Source: an uncultured Fibrobacterota bacterium
GTDB lineage: Bacteria > Fibrobacterota > Chitinivibrionia > Chitinivibrionales > WJKA01
NCBI GenBank assembly: GCA_964571815.1
Contig: CAZNDN010000007.1
Span: forward strand, 999 to 64,998
DNA length: 64,000 bases
Reading direction: 5' to 3'
Part shown: one piece after another, positions 1 through 8,449 of the stretch
Numbering within the stretch: position 1 is the first letter of the stretch
Layout: each line of letters starts with the position of its first letter
Translations under genes and position numbers: made by a program
Notes under the pieces: generated by a model
Databases searched by the model: none
Seen by the model: the letters and a program-made list of their open reading frames with translations, nothing else
Told to the model about the DNA's origin: nothing

Positions 1-1333
1 TGCTCAGCTTCCCGTACTGTTCTTCGACCATTGCGTGGTTATCGTTACGGTAGGCGATACGCATGATCCCCAGCTCGGCCGGATCGACGGCATCGCTCCG
101 GGGATAGGTAATCGTCATGTCGCGGTAGCCCTCTTCCGCCGATTCGCGCATGTCCATCTCTTCACGGCAACTGCTGTAGTAGTAGCTCACCCAGTCGTTC
201 TTGTGGAACTCGGGATACACGCCCAGGAGTTGACCGTAGATCAGGAACGCTTCCCAGTACTTGCCCGCGTAGTACAGCGCCATGGCCTTGTTATACAGAT
301 CAAACGGCGTCGTGTCCATGAGCCGCGACATCTTCCGCGCCCACACTTCTTCACGATGCCTCCCGACTTCGGTGCGGAAATAGAGCGAATGCGACGTGGC
401 AAGGCCTTCCTGCACGGCCATGGTATACTGATACACGGCGGTGAGGTCGCGACCCATACTGAGCACCGCGCCGTTGAGACCGGCGCCCATTCCCCAGTAG
501 CCTAAATCGTTCTCGCCGAATCCGAAGAGTCCGTGGAGCTTGATCAGGCGAAGGATCCACACGCCCAGCCGCGAGGAGCCTTCGTACTCGAGTCCGCTTC
601 CTCCGAGGAATTCATCCGATTCGGTCCCGAGGTCCTTAAGGTTGAAGTCCACGCCGACATCGATGCGCTCTTCCCAGAGACGGGCATCCCAGTTGACCTG
701 CAGGCTCCGGGAGAGCTTCTCCGTCTCCCCGGTTTGCGTCTCGAATGTCGGCTGAAGAACATGCCGGCCGGCGATTCCCGCCACGTGGTAGCCGAGGATG
801 GGATGGTGAAGCACGCGGTAGCTCAGTCCCACGTCGATTCCCGGCGGCACGCTGTAGCGTGTCTCCTCCCCGAACACGTTCTGCATGACTACGGTCACGT
901 TGGTTCCCACCGACAGGCGTCCCCATACGTTTGCCGCGTACGACAGTACCAGCGCATTACTTTCGAACTTTACCGTGCCCGTACGATTGAACGACTCGTC
1001 GTAACTCGGGTGCTCGGGCTCTCCCTGTCGCACCCAGGTCAGTCCCGCCGATTGAAACAGGCCGATCGGCAGGGTTGCGCTCAGTTGATGCGTCTGGAAA
1101 GAGTTGCGCATGGACGGACTGAAGACACCGAGTAGAGTCGGATAGTCCTCCTCGGTCAGCAGCGAGGGATTGCTCAGCGCCGAGTACGGAGCGAACAGCT
1201 CCCGCCAGCGCTGGGTCAGCAGATGCTCTCCGGGGAGGCCGTCGGCCCGGCACGGCACGCACAATCCCGCCGCGGCCGGCAGGACCGCAAGGCACATCAG
1301 GCATGCCTTCACGGCACGAACGTTATCGCTCAT
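1..1333 (-). CDS. Secreted barrel-like N-domain / TPR protein, paralog of 2250..4526; 3'-partial (runs off left edge)
   Basis: Absent from the ORF track because no stop lies inside the window. My reverse-complement translation from ATG 1333..1331 stays open to base 2: MSDNVRAVKACLMCLAVLPAAAGLCVPCRADGLPGEHLLTQRWRELFAPYSALSNPSLL...DLYNKAMALYYAGKYWEAFLIYGQLLGVYPEFHKNDWVSYYYSSCREEMDMRE...ELGIMRIAYRNDNHAMVEEQYGKLS. This is colinear with the 2250..4541 product (NQLYNRAMTEYWAGRFWKAYFLYARIRNEFPDFFKNDLVTHYMGSCLEEMDMRE...ELGMMRIQYRDGD). GGGAGA lies 5 nt upstream of the ATG. The N-terminus is signal-like. Confidence 0.8.
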   Translation of the reverse strand, partial: MSDNVRAVKACLMCLAVLPAAAGLCVPCRADGLPGEHLLTQRWRELFAPYSALSNPSLLTEEDYPTLLGVFSPSMRNSFQTHQLSATLPIGLFQSAGLTWVRQGEPEHPSYDESFNRTGTVKFESNALVLSYAANVWGRLSVGTNVTVVMQNVFGEETRYSVPPGIDVGLSYRVLHHPILGYHVAGIAGRHVLQPTFETQTGETEKLSRSLQVNWDARLWEERIDVGVDFNLKDLGTESDEFLGGSGLEYEGSSRLGVWILRLIKLHGLFGFGENDLGYWGMGAGLNGAVLSMGRDLTAVYQYTMAVQEGLATSHSLYFRTEVGRHREEVWARKMSRLMDTTPFDLYNKAMALYYAGKYWEAFLIYGQLLGVYPEFHKNDWVSYYYSSCREEMDMRESAEEGYRDMTITYPRSDAVDPAELGIMRIAYRNDNHAMVEEQYGKLS

Positions 1334-2183
1334 GGGAATCTCCCGGTGATCGGTACGATGAATCGGGGATGGTTTCGTCCTTTCCCATCAGCCCGGGTGT
1401 GGTCGGACACTCGCCGCAGGTGCCCTTTGTTGTGAAATCCAGATTCCGGCGCGGGGAAACAAACGCGGGATCAAACGAGTAATTGCCCGGCGGCAGTTGG
1501 CCGGGCCGATCCATATTACCGTACAAGTTATTGTCTTGGAGCGTTACCCTTTCCGCTGCAGCCTGAATCAGTTTTGCCCCGAGGCACACATTGTGGGCGA
1601 TGATATTGGATTGGACCATGAAGCTCGACTTACCTCCCACGGCCAGCCCGTGATTGTGGTTGTAGGCGATCACATTGTGCTCAACCTTTGCTTTCCCGCT
1701 CGTGACGTCCCAACCCTGTATTCCCGAGGCGCGATTGAATACGATTGCGTTGTTGTGCAGTGAAGGGAGGTGACGGACGCAGACGATACCGCTCTGACGG
1801 TTGGTCATGATCCGGCAGTCGTGCACGGCACAGCCGTCGTGACGCGAGAATACGCCGACCGTGCCGTTGCGCACGGTGACGTGACACAGGACCGATGCGC
1901 CGCCAAGAGTCACCACCGTGCCCTTGCCGCCGCCGTCGATCACCGTGGATGCCGCGGAGGCGCCCTTGAGCACGGTCCCGTGCTTGACAAAGACCTTCTC
2001 GCGGTAGACCCCCGGCCCGACCAGAACCGTATCGCCGGCGCGGGCCTGAAGAAACGCGGCGGCAATGTCGGGCGTGTCGTGCGAAGGGGTCTGGATGGTT
2101 CTGCCGTACAGACAGTCGCCCCCGATCAGGAGCAGAGCTGCCGCCGGCAGAAGGCTTTTCGGGTTCACCATGCGTCCTCTCAT
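1323..2183 (-). CDS. Secreted right-handed parallel beta-helix (PbH1/NosD-like) repeat protein
   Basis: ORF 1323..2210. Internal ATG 2183 follows AGGAGGAGA with a ~6-nt spacer and gives a signal-like MRGRMVNPKSLLPAAALLLIGG. Repeated short turns (VIDGGGKGTVVTLGG, VTVRNGTVGVFS, HDCRIMTNRQSGIVC, HNNAIVFNRASGIQG, EHNVIAYNHNHGLAVGG, QSNIIAHNV) are typical of beta-helix repeats. The stop overlaps the next gene's start by 11 nt. Confidence 0.7.
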   Translation of the reverse strand: MRGRMVNPKSLLPAAALLLIGGDCLYGRTIQTPSHDTPDIAAAFLQARAGDTVLVGPGVYREKVFVKHGTVLKGASAASTVIDGGGKGTVVTLGGASVLCHVTVRNGTVGVFSRHDGCAVHDCRIMTNRQSGIVCVRHLPSLHNNAIVFNRASGIQGWDVTSGKAKVEHNVIAYNHNHGLAVGGKSSFMVQSNIIAHNVCLGAKLIQAAAERVTLQDNNLYGNMDRPGQLPPGNYSFDPAFVSPRRNLDFTTKGTCGECPTTPGLMGKDETIPDSSYRSPGDSHER

Positions 2184-2249
2184 TCGTCTCCTCCTCGGGT
2201 ATGGGCGCATGCGACATAGACACCAATCGCGCTACCGCCCCGCTTCACC

Positions 2250-4526
2250 TTACTCCCCAAGCTCTCGTTTCAGTTGCTCGATTTGGTCGTCGATCTTCTC
2301 CATCTTCTTCTCGGTCTTGTCCAGGGTTTCCCTGGATCGGCGCTCAAACCTGCCCTTCTGAAGGAAGGCGAGCATGAACTCAAGATCGCTTCGCACCGAT
2401 TCCCTGTTTCTGCCGAAGAAGGTGCCGCGCTCGAACCGGTCGACGTAACGCAGGTGGGCATCCAGCTTCTCTTTCACGGCAAGCTGTCCCGTATGAAGGC
2501 TGTCGTGCATCCGTTTCTTCATGTCCGACTCGCTCAGCCCCGCGCACGTGCGAACATCTTCGGCCAGTTGAGCGTATTGTATCCGGTTGTTCGAGTACAC
2601 GTACGTGCTCGCCTCCAGAGCATCGGGGTCGGGGCTTTCGTAGGAATCGATCGTCGCGAGACCGTCCTTGAGAATTGTTTCGGCCGCGGTCGTGTCACCC
2701 GTTCGCAGCAGCCCGTACCCCTGGACCAGCATGCCTTCACAGCGCAGCACCGTGTCCTCGGCCGCGGAGACGAGCCTCCCGCCCACGTCAACGCAGTCGT
2801 CGTACTGCGACGCGCGGATTGCGGCCCACCCCAGGCCCAGCAACGCCTCGGGATAGTAATGACTGTCGCGCGGTACCATGCGCAGCGCAACGACCGCCTT
2901 GCTGAGTGTCCCGTTCTCGTAGAAGATGTAGCCCAGAAACAGCAGCGACCGGTGCACGATTTCCTTCTGAACATCGGTCCGTGCATCATGGCTTACGCAG
3001 TTGCCCAGATGCACTTCGGCCTTTGCGGTTGAACCGGTTAGCAGCACGTAGGCCACGGCCAGCGAGTGCTGGGCGAAGAGGTAGGAGGGGTGCGTCTCAG
3101 GCACCATGGACAGGAGTCGAATTGCGTGAGAATAGTCTTCTTCCGCTATCGCGATCTGGCCGCGCAGATAGGTTGCGTGGTGACGTATGGAATCGCCGGC
3201 CGAGACCTCGCGGCCGAACGATGTCAAGCCTTGGTATATCTCCCGGGCCTTCCGCAGGTCCCCGTCCCGGTACTGAATGCGCATCATCCCCAGCTCCGAG
3301 GCCGCGACCATCTCCGAGGTCGGAAACGAATCGAGATGGGCGGCGTACGTGCTCAGCCCCGCCTCGCGCATGTCCATTTCCTCCAGACACGAGCCCATGT
3401 AATGAGTCACCAGGTCGTTCTTGAAGAAGTCGGGGAATTCGTTCCTGATGCGGGCGTAGAGAAAGTATGCCTTCCAGAATCTCCCGGCCCAGTACTCGGT
3501 CATGGCCCGGTTGTACAACTGGTTGGGGGAGATGTTCATCTTCTTCAGCCGCCGGTGCAGCTCCTGCTCGAACCGGTGCTCGCCGAAATCGGCGCGGCAG
3601 TACATGGTGTGTGACGGGCGCAGGTCTCCTTCCATCTCATGGCGAAGCTGCCAGGCGGCCGCCAGGTCGCGGCCGGCATTGAATGAGGGGAGGTTGATGC
3701 CGAAGCAGAGGCCCCAGTGTTCCAGGCGACGTTGGCCGATACCGGCAAACCCGTGTACGGTGAAGGCTCGAAGCAGCCACACGCCTCCCTGGAAAAACAC
3801 GTCCCACTCCGGTATTTGCTCCTCATCCGGGAAATCGATCTTCTTCGACAACAGATCGCTTACGTCCGCCTGGATATCCAGCTCCACACGGTGTTCGAGA
3901 AACGACGAGTGCAGCGTTGCATTGAGCTGCGTGGCCCGCACTCGCTCGATGTCGGGATTGACCGAAAAGAAAAGGTAGTTCCGGGCGGCCACGCCGATAC
4001 CGTGCGTGCCGAGAAACGAATGGTGGAGCAGGGGGTAAAACGCTCCGATATCAAGGCCCGGGCTGGTCCGCGGATCGCCGAAATTGCTCTGGTAGAGAAC
4101 ATTGAGATTGGCCCCCAGGGCAAGACGGTGCATTGGTGTGGCGGCGTAGGTCAACATGATGAAGGTGTTGTCGTTGCTGAGATTGGTCTCCTCGAATACG
4201 TACTCGCCGGTCTCGTTGAACCGGCCTCCGTCCACCGGCATCCCGTTTTCCCCCACCAGTGTCAGGGCCGCGGTCTGATACCGCCGGACCGGGATCACGA
4301 TACCCGCCTCCCACAGGCGGGCGATACTCTCGGGAGCAACGGACAAGGCTCCGCGGACGGAAAGATAGTGCTGCTCCGAAATCAGGGCCGGGTTGGTCAG
4401 GGGAGAGTGGTGCAGGAAAAGGTTGCGCCACTGGTGGGAGAGCAGATACTCCACGGGGAGACCGTCACCGACGGCCGCCGCCCGCAGGGACAGCAGCGCA
4501 ACGGCCCACATCCGGACGCGACGCAT
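2250..4526 (-). CDS. Secreted barrel-like N-domain + TPR + C-terminal coiled-coil protein
   Basis: ORF 2250..4541. ATG 4526 has AGGAG 7 nt upstream; the 4541 ATG is part of ATGAGGAG. Signal-like MRRVRMWAVALLSLRAAAV. The N-terminal ~330 aa has an alternating strand-like pattern and an HHSPLTNPAL motif. TPR-like helices follow (YNRAMTEYWAGRFWKAYFLYARI, ALLGLGWAAIRASQYDDC). The tail is heptad-like: EKKMEKIDDQIEQLKRELGE. Confidence 0.8.
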   Translation of the reverse strand: MRRVRMWAVALLSLRAAAVGDGLPVEYLLSHQWRNLFLHHSPLTNPALISEQHYLSVRGALSVAPESIARLWEAGIVIPVRRYQTAALTLVGENGMPVDGGRFNETGEYVFEETNLSNDNTFIMLTYAATPMHRLALGANLNVLYQSNFGDPRTSPGLDIGAFYPLLHHSFLGTHGIGVAARNYLFFSVNPDIERVRATQLNATLHSSFLEHRVELDIQADVSDLLSKKIDFPDEEQIPEWDVFFQGGVWLLRAFTVHGFAGIGQRRLEHWGLCFGINLPSFNAGRDLAAAWQLRHEMEGDLRPSHTMYCRADFGEHRFEQELHRRLKKMNISPNQLYNRAMTEYWAGRFWKAYFLYARIRNEFPDFFKNDLVTHYMGSCLEEMDMREAGLSTYAAHLDSFPTSEMVAASELGMMRIQYRDGDLRKAREIYQGLTSFGREVSAGDSIRHHATYLRGQIAIAEEDYSHAIRLLSMVPETHPSYLFAQHSLAVAYVLLTGSTAKAEVHLGNCVSHDARTDVQKEIVHRSLLFLGYIFYENGTLSKAVVALRMVPRDSHYYPEALLGLGWAAIRASQYDDCVDVGGRLVSAAEDTVLRCEGMLVQGYGLLRTGDTTAAETILKDGLATIDSYESPDPDALEASTYVYSNNRIQYAQLAEDVRTCAGLSESDMKKRMHDSLHTGQLAVKEKLDAHLRYVDRFERGTFFGRNRESVRSDLEFMLAFLQKGRFERRSRETLDKTEKKMEKIDDQIEQLKRELGE

Positions 4527-4600
4527 GCGTGCGCTCCTCATCGGGTGCCTGCTCCGTTGATCATTCGTTTCCTTCCCCCATCATGTCCAACCCCGGATAC

Positions 4601-7600
4601 CTATCGCCTGACACCGATCTTCAGCCTGCGTGTCTCCGTGTGATCCTTGTTGTCTTCAATAACCACCACCGCAAGGTAGGAGCCCGTGCCCACGTAGCGT
4701 CCGTTGAGATTCGTGCCGTCCCACACAAACGCAACGTATTCGTTGCCGCCGGCCGTGGTCCCTTTCATGCGATCCACGATCAGGTTCCCCATGCAGTCGT
4801 ACAGCGAAACCGTGCCCTCCAGTCTGATATCGCCGGGGATCGGGCCCAGGGGGCGAACCAGGAGTGCGGTGCCGCGCCGTGAGCCGACACCGGCGATCGA
4901 CGGGGTCGTGGCGGTGAGCGGATCGAACGGGTTGGGCGCGGATCTTACCGAGAAACGATACTTGAACGCCCCGACAACCAGAGGCGCCATTCGGTTGTTT
5001 TCGCTGTCCTGCACATTACCCTGCTTGTCCTTGACACCCGCGGTATAATCAATTCTGAGGGAATCGCCGGACGTCGGAAATTCCGTGCCCTCGATACCGG
5101 TCACCAGGTAGGTGTGTTCCGTGCCCGATCCGGAGCGTGTTCCCCGCAACTTCATCGTGTAGCGCTGCCCCGTGCGCCCGTCGAAGAAGACCAGGGGTGT
5201 CGGTTCGGCCGGAGCATCCACCGGCTCGGAGAACGTTACCACGATGGTGTCGGGGGGTATCGATGAAGAGTCGGTGACGAAGCGGGGCCTGAAACGGGCC
5301 CGGACAATCACCGGGGCCATGTCGTCGGTGATCGGCACACGGCCGGGGTGAATCAGGCCGCCGGTGGAGGAGCGGGTACGGGCGACGGTCAGCGAATCGC
5401 GATTGTCAACCGCGGTGAACGGCTCCGTGTCCGCCGGCTGCGTTACCGCTATCTCAAATCCCTCGTCGGTCAACGAGAAGTCGTCCGCGGTGTACGTGAA
5501 GTTGCGGTGGGCTGGCAGCTCGACGGTGGAGGTCAGCTTGTCGAGCATGGTGCGGTCGGGCGGCTGATCCATGGTCACCCGTACCGCATCGATCAGCCCG
5601 TCGTCGTTCGCGTCGATATATCGCGCGGCATCTACCATGTAAAGCAGATGGTAGTTCAGCCCGCGGCGTACGTTGTTGCCCCTCTGAGCAACCGGAAGCG
5701 TGTCGGATACGCCGGCGGTCGAATCGATCCATATCGAGTCCCCCGCCGCCGGCTCGGTCCGGCCCTCAACCGGCACGACCGCGAAACGGGCCTCGCTGCC
5801 GGCGTTGTCCACGGCGGAGAGACGCAGGGAATACCGTGTCGAGGATGAGCCCCGCAGGAAAAGAAACGGCGTGGCCGAACCGATCCGCTTCACCGACTCG
5901 GAAAAACGCACCACAAGGGTGTCGCGACCGTCGATGTCGGCGAGATCGTAGTAGTCGGCGCCGACGATCACCGGCCCCATGCTGTCGGCCAGTGCAATGT
6001 CGGTTGAAGGAAACGCTCCTCCGCGCGGCAGGTCCGGTACCTGGTCGATGTACAGCCGCTCTTGAGGGTAGAGCCCGGTGAACGGCTCCTCGTCGGCGCC
6101 GTGCTTCAGCAGGATGTCAAATCCGCGTGACGAGGGGATCACCGAGGTCACCTCCTGGTCCCGATCGGACTGTACCTGGATAAACGGCGTCACCGCCTCG
6201 ATTTCATCGGCGTAGAGCGTGTCGCCGAATTCCACCCTGATCACATCCGCGTACCCGTCGGCCCTGCCACCGCTCTGGTCCAGGTAGTACGCCTTGCTCA
6301 CCTCCAGGTCGCGAAGCGGCAGGACGCGCACGGCCAGCCGCACGACATCGCAGGGAATGTCGGGGTTGCGGTACGTGACGATCACCGAATCGTTAAGCCC
6401 GTTCTGAAGTGTGTCGTCGATAGCCGGGCTCCCGATTGCCCGGTTGAAACGGGCGCCGAAATAGCTCCCGTGATTCTCCGTGGTCAACACGAGTTCATCG
6501 GAGCCCGTTGCATTGGTTACCCGCAGCGTGACTTCATCGATCGGAAACTCCGACGGTGGATAGAAGCGCGCCTGCAGCGGAGTCCAGTCGCCCTCGATTT
6601 CGGTGACCACTTCGTTGGCGTAGCGCAGCTCCAATATGCCCTGATCCCAGCACTCCAGGCGAATGTAGTACGAATCCTCCTCGATTGCGGCCCGGTCCAG
6701 GGAACGGACCACATCGAAAGAAAACTCCCGGGTCGTATCGATATTGAGAGGATCAAGATAGTAGTAGCGGAAGCTGACATCGAATGTCGTGGTGTCCGAT
6801 TCCAGGATAAAGGGCTCGTCGAAGTACGCCAGGGTGGAGTCAAACGATACGGCCGACACACCGTTCATGGTGAGAGCACGCGGTTCCGAGGGAAAGATTT
6901 TTTGTCCCATTCCGGGAAACTTGTTGAGCAGCCGGTCGATCAGCTCCCCTTCCTTGCCCGACACTTTCCAGACTTCGCTCTGGATATTGGTGGTCGAATA
7001 CCCGTTGTCCTTAATATTGCCGGTCATGGTGTTGATTTGATCCGGTATGGGCTGAGTCTCGTTGATAAAGAAGGCGGTGAAGGTTGTCGGCACATCCTCG
7101 CCATCCTGGTAGTCGAGTTGGTTCGGCCGCCGTTCGACATCGACGTACTGATGCACGCCGTCGGAGAGAAAGATCGCGTATTGCCGGTCGGCGGGGTAGC
7201 GCGCCGTCTCGAATGCCTTCTTCGCCGCCTCAAAGGCCAGGGATATGTCGGTGGTGGTGTTGTACCCGGTCACGGGATTGCCGGCGATATCATGACCGCT
7301 GTGGCGTCCCGTGACGCCGTAATTGGCATTGAGGAGCCGGCGGTTTCCGCCGATATCCGTGTCGTTGGGTGTGGGGCTCAGCGCGATCGACCACTTGAGT
7401 TTCTCCACCGCCGACATGCTTCCGACCGTGGTGTCAAGCCGGGTGAGGGGGATGTAGGAATCGTGCCACTCGCCGGAGGGATCGAGCTGAACGAAATAGG
7501 AATCGTCGCGGTAGTCGTGCAGAAGCTGGTTGGAGAATACCGTGATGCCGACTTCCGAAGCCGGCGAACGCGCGGCAAGCGTGTCGATGAGCTTCTTAAC

Positions 7601-7915
7601 GACGTCGTAGCGTGAAGCGGTGGAATCCATGTAGCTCATACTTCCCGAATGATCGATAATGAAGAAGAGCGAGATGGTGTCTTCGGTTTCCACCACGGGT
7701 CCTTCCCTGAACGAATCGGGGGCACAGTGCTCGAAGATCTCAGAAACCATGACCACGCTGTCGGGCACGTGCACGGTATCTCCCTTCCAGTTCAGCGGAC
7801 AGTCGATGACGGCTTTGCAGATCCGGCCGCCCGACACTGGGCGCCCGCCCGCGGCGAGCAGCGCCACGAAGGCCGCGACGATCGCGGGGTTCGGTGCAGG
7901 GCAACGCTTTCTCAT
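4601..7915 (-). CDS. Giant secreted vWA-domain protein with C-terminal FlgD-Ig / T9SS-type sorting domain
   Basis: ORF 4601..7930. ATG 7915 is preceded by AGGAG with a 7-nt spacer. Signal-like N-terminus. vWA/MIDAS block LFFIIDHSGSM...ITVFSN...AIFLSDGV. C-terminus APNPFDP...VSLYDCMGNLIV...FVWDGTNLNGRYVGTGSYLAVV...LKIGVRR. Confidence 0.85.
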   Translation of the reverse strand: MRKRCPAPNPAIVAAFVALLAAGGRPVSGGRICKAVIDCPLNWKGDTVHVPDSVVMVSEIFEHCAPDSFREGPVVETEDTISLFFIIDHSGSMSYMDSTASRYDVVKKLIDTLAARSPASEVGITVFSNQLLHDYRDDSYFVQLDPSGEWHDSYIPLTRLDTTVGSMSAVEKLKWSIALSPTPNDTDIGGNRRLLNANYGVTGRHSGHDIAGNPVTGYNTTTDISLAFEAAKKAFETARYPADRQYAIFLSDGVHQYVDVERRPNQLDYQDGEDVPTTFTAFFINETQPIPDQINTMTGNIKDNGYSTTNIQSEVWKVSGKEGELIDRLLNKFPGMGQKIFPSEPRALTMNGVSAVSFDSTLAYFDEPFILESDTTTFDVSFRYYYLDPLNIDTTREFSFDVVRSLDRAAIEEDSYYIRLECWDQGILELRYANEVVTEIEGDWTPLQARFYPPSEFPIDEVTLRVTNATGSDELVLTTENHGSYFGARFNRAIGSPAIDDTLQNGLNDSVIVTYRNPDIPCDVVRLAVRVLPLRDLEVSKAYYLDQSGGRADGYADVIRVEFGDTLYADEIEAVTPFIQVQSDRDQEVTSVIPSSRGFDILLKHGADEEPFTGLYPQERLYIDQVPDLPRGGAFPSTDIALADSMGPVIVGADYYDLADIDGRDTLVVRFSESVKRIGSATPFLFLRGSSSTRYSLRLSAVDNAGSEARFAVVPVEGRTEPAAGDSIWIDSTAGVSDTLPVAQRGNNVRRGLNYHLLYMVDAARYIDANDDGLIDAVRVTMDQPPDRTMLDKLTSTVELPAHRNFTYTADDFSLTDEGFEIAVTQPADTEPFTAVDNRDSLTVARTRSSTGGLIHPGRVPITDDMAPVIVRARFRPRFVTDSSSIPPDTIVVTFSEPVDAPAEPTPLVFFDGRTGQRYTMKLRGTRSGSGTEHTYLVTGIEGTEFPTSGDSLRIDYTAGVKDKQGNVQDSENNRMAPLVVGAFKYRFSVRSAPNPFDPLTATTPSIAGVGSRRGTALLVRPLGPIPGDIRLEGTVSLYDCMGNLIVDRMKGTTAGGNEYVAFVWDGTNLNGRYVGTGSYLAVVVIEDNKDHTETRRLKIGVRR

Positions 7916-7951
7916 CGGTACACTCCTCATGGATATGTCAACCGCGGTCCG

Positions 7952-8437
7952 TTACAGCCCGGCCTCACCAAGGCGAAGCGAGATCCGGTAGCCGCTTTCC
8001 GATTTGGCAAGAAGGTAAATCGTGCTTGTTCCCCGATAGGAGTCGATCTCCCCGAGGTATTCTTCGGCGATCGAGACGCGCAAGGCCAGATCGCCGTTGA
8101 AATTTCGTCCGAAATAGTCCTCATAAAGCTCCGGCACGATCCGTTTGTGCCCGGGAGCGAGGGGACCGTCCCGAGCGCTGATCAGCCGCAAATCTCCCTT
8201 GCCGTAACGCATGCACATCCGTATGTGCTGCTTCTGCGCGGGCGAAAGGCAGTCGAAGAATGAGCGGGAAAGTTCGATATCGCCGTGTGCCTTGGCGATG
8301 GCACATACCAGCGAGTCCATGTTTTCTATTGACGGCAGCACGCGGCGCCACGCGCGGCGCGGAAGCGCGGAGGCATGATACCGCGGAGCAGTGCAACCCA
8401 TGGTCAGCAGCAAGGCAAAAGCAAATGCACGTGCCAT
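7952..8437 (-). CDS. Small putative lipoprotein, unknown function
   Basis: 161-aa ORF. GAGAAGG lies 8 nt upstream of the ATG, inside the end of the upstream gene. N-terminus MARAFAFALLLTMGC is lipobox-like. It sits between the two vWA paralogs with 12-nt and ~36-nt gaps. Confidence 0.6.
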   Translation of the reverse strand: MARAFAFALLLTMGCTAPRYHASALPRRAWRRVLPSIENMDSLVCAIAKAHGDIELSRSFFDCLSPAQKQHIRMCMRYGKGDLRLISARDGPLAPGHKRIVPELYEDYFGRNFNGDLALRVSIAEEYLGEIDSYRGTSTIYLLAKSESGYRISLRLGEAGL

Positions 8438-8449
8438 ACAAGAACCTTC

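Noticed and set aside
35-1135. Plus-strand track ORFs 35..505 (156 aa) and 533..1135 (200 aa) as genes
   Set aside because: Their products are Arg/His/Pro-rich with no recognisable motif. The opposite strand carries an uninterrupted 444-codon frame with clear paralogy to the 2250..4541 protein.
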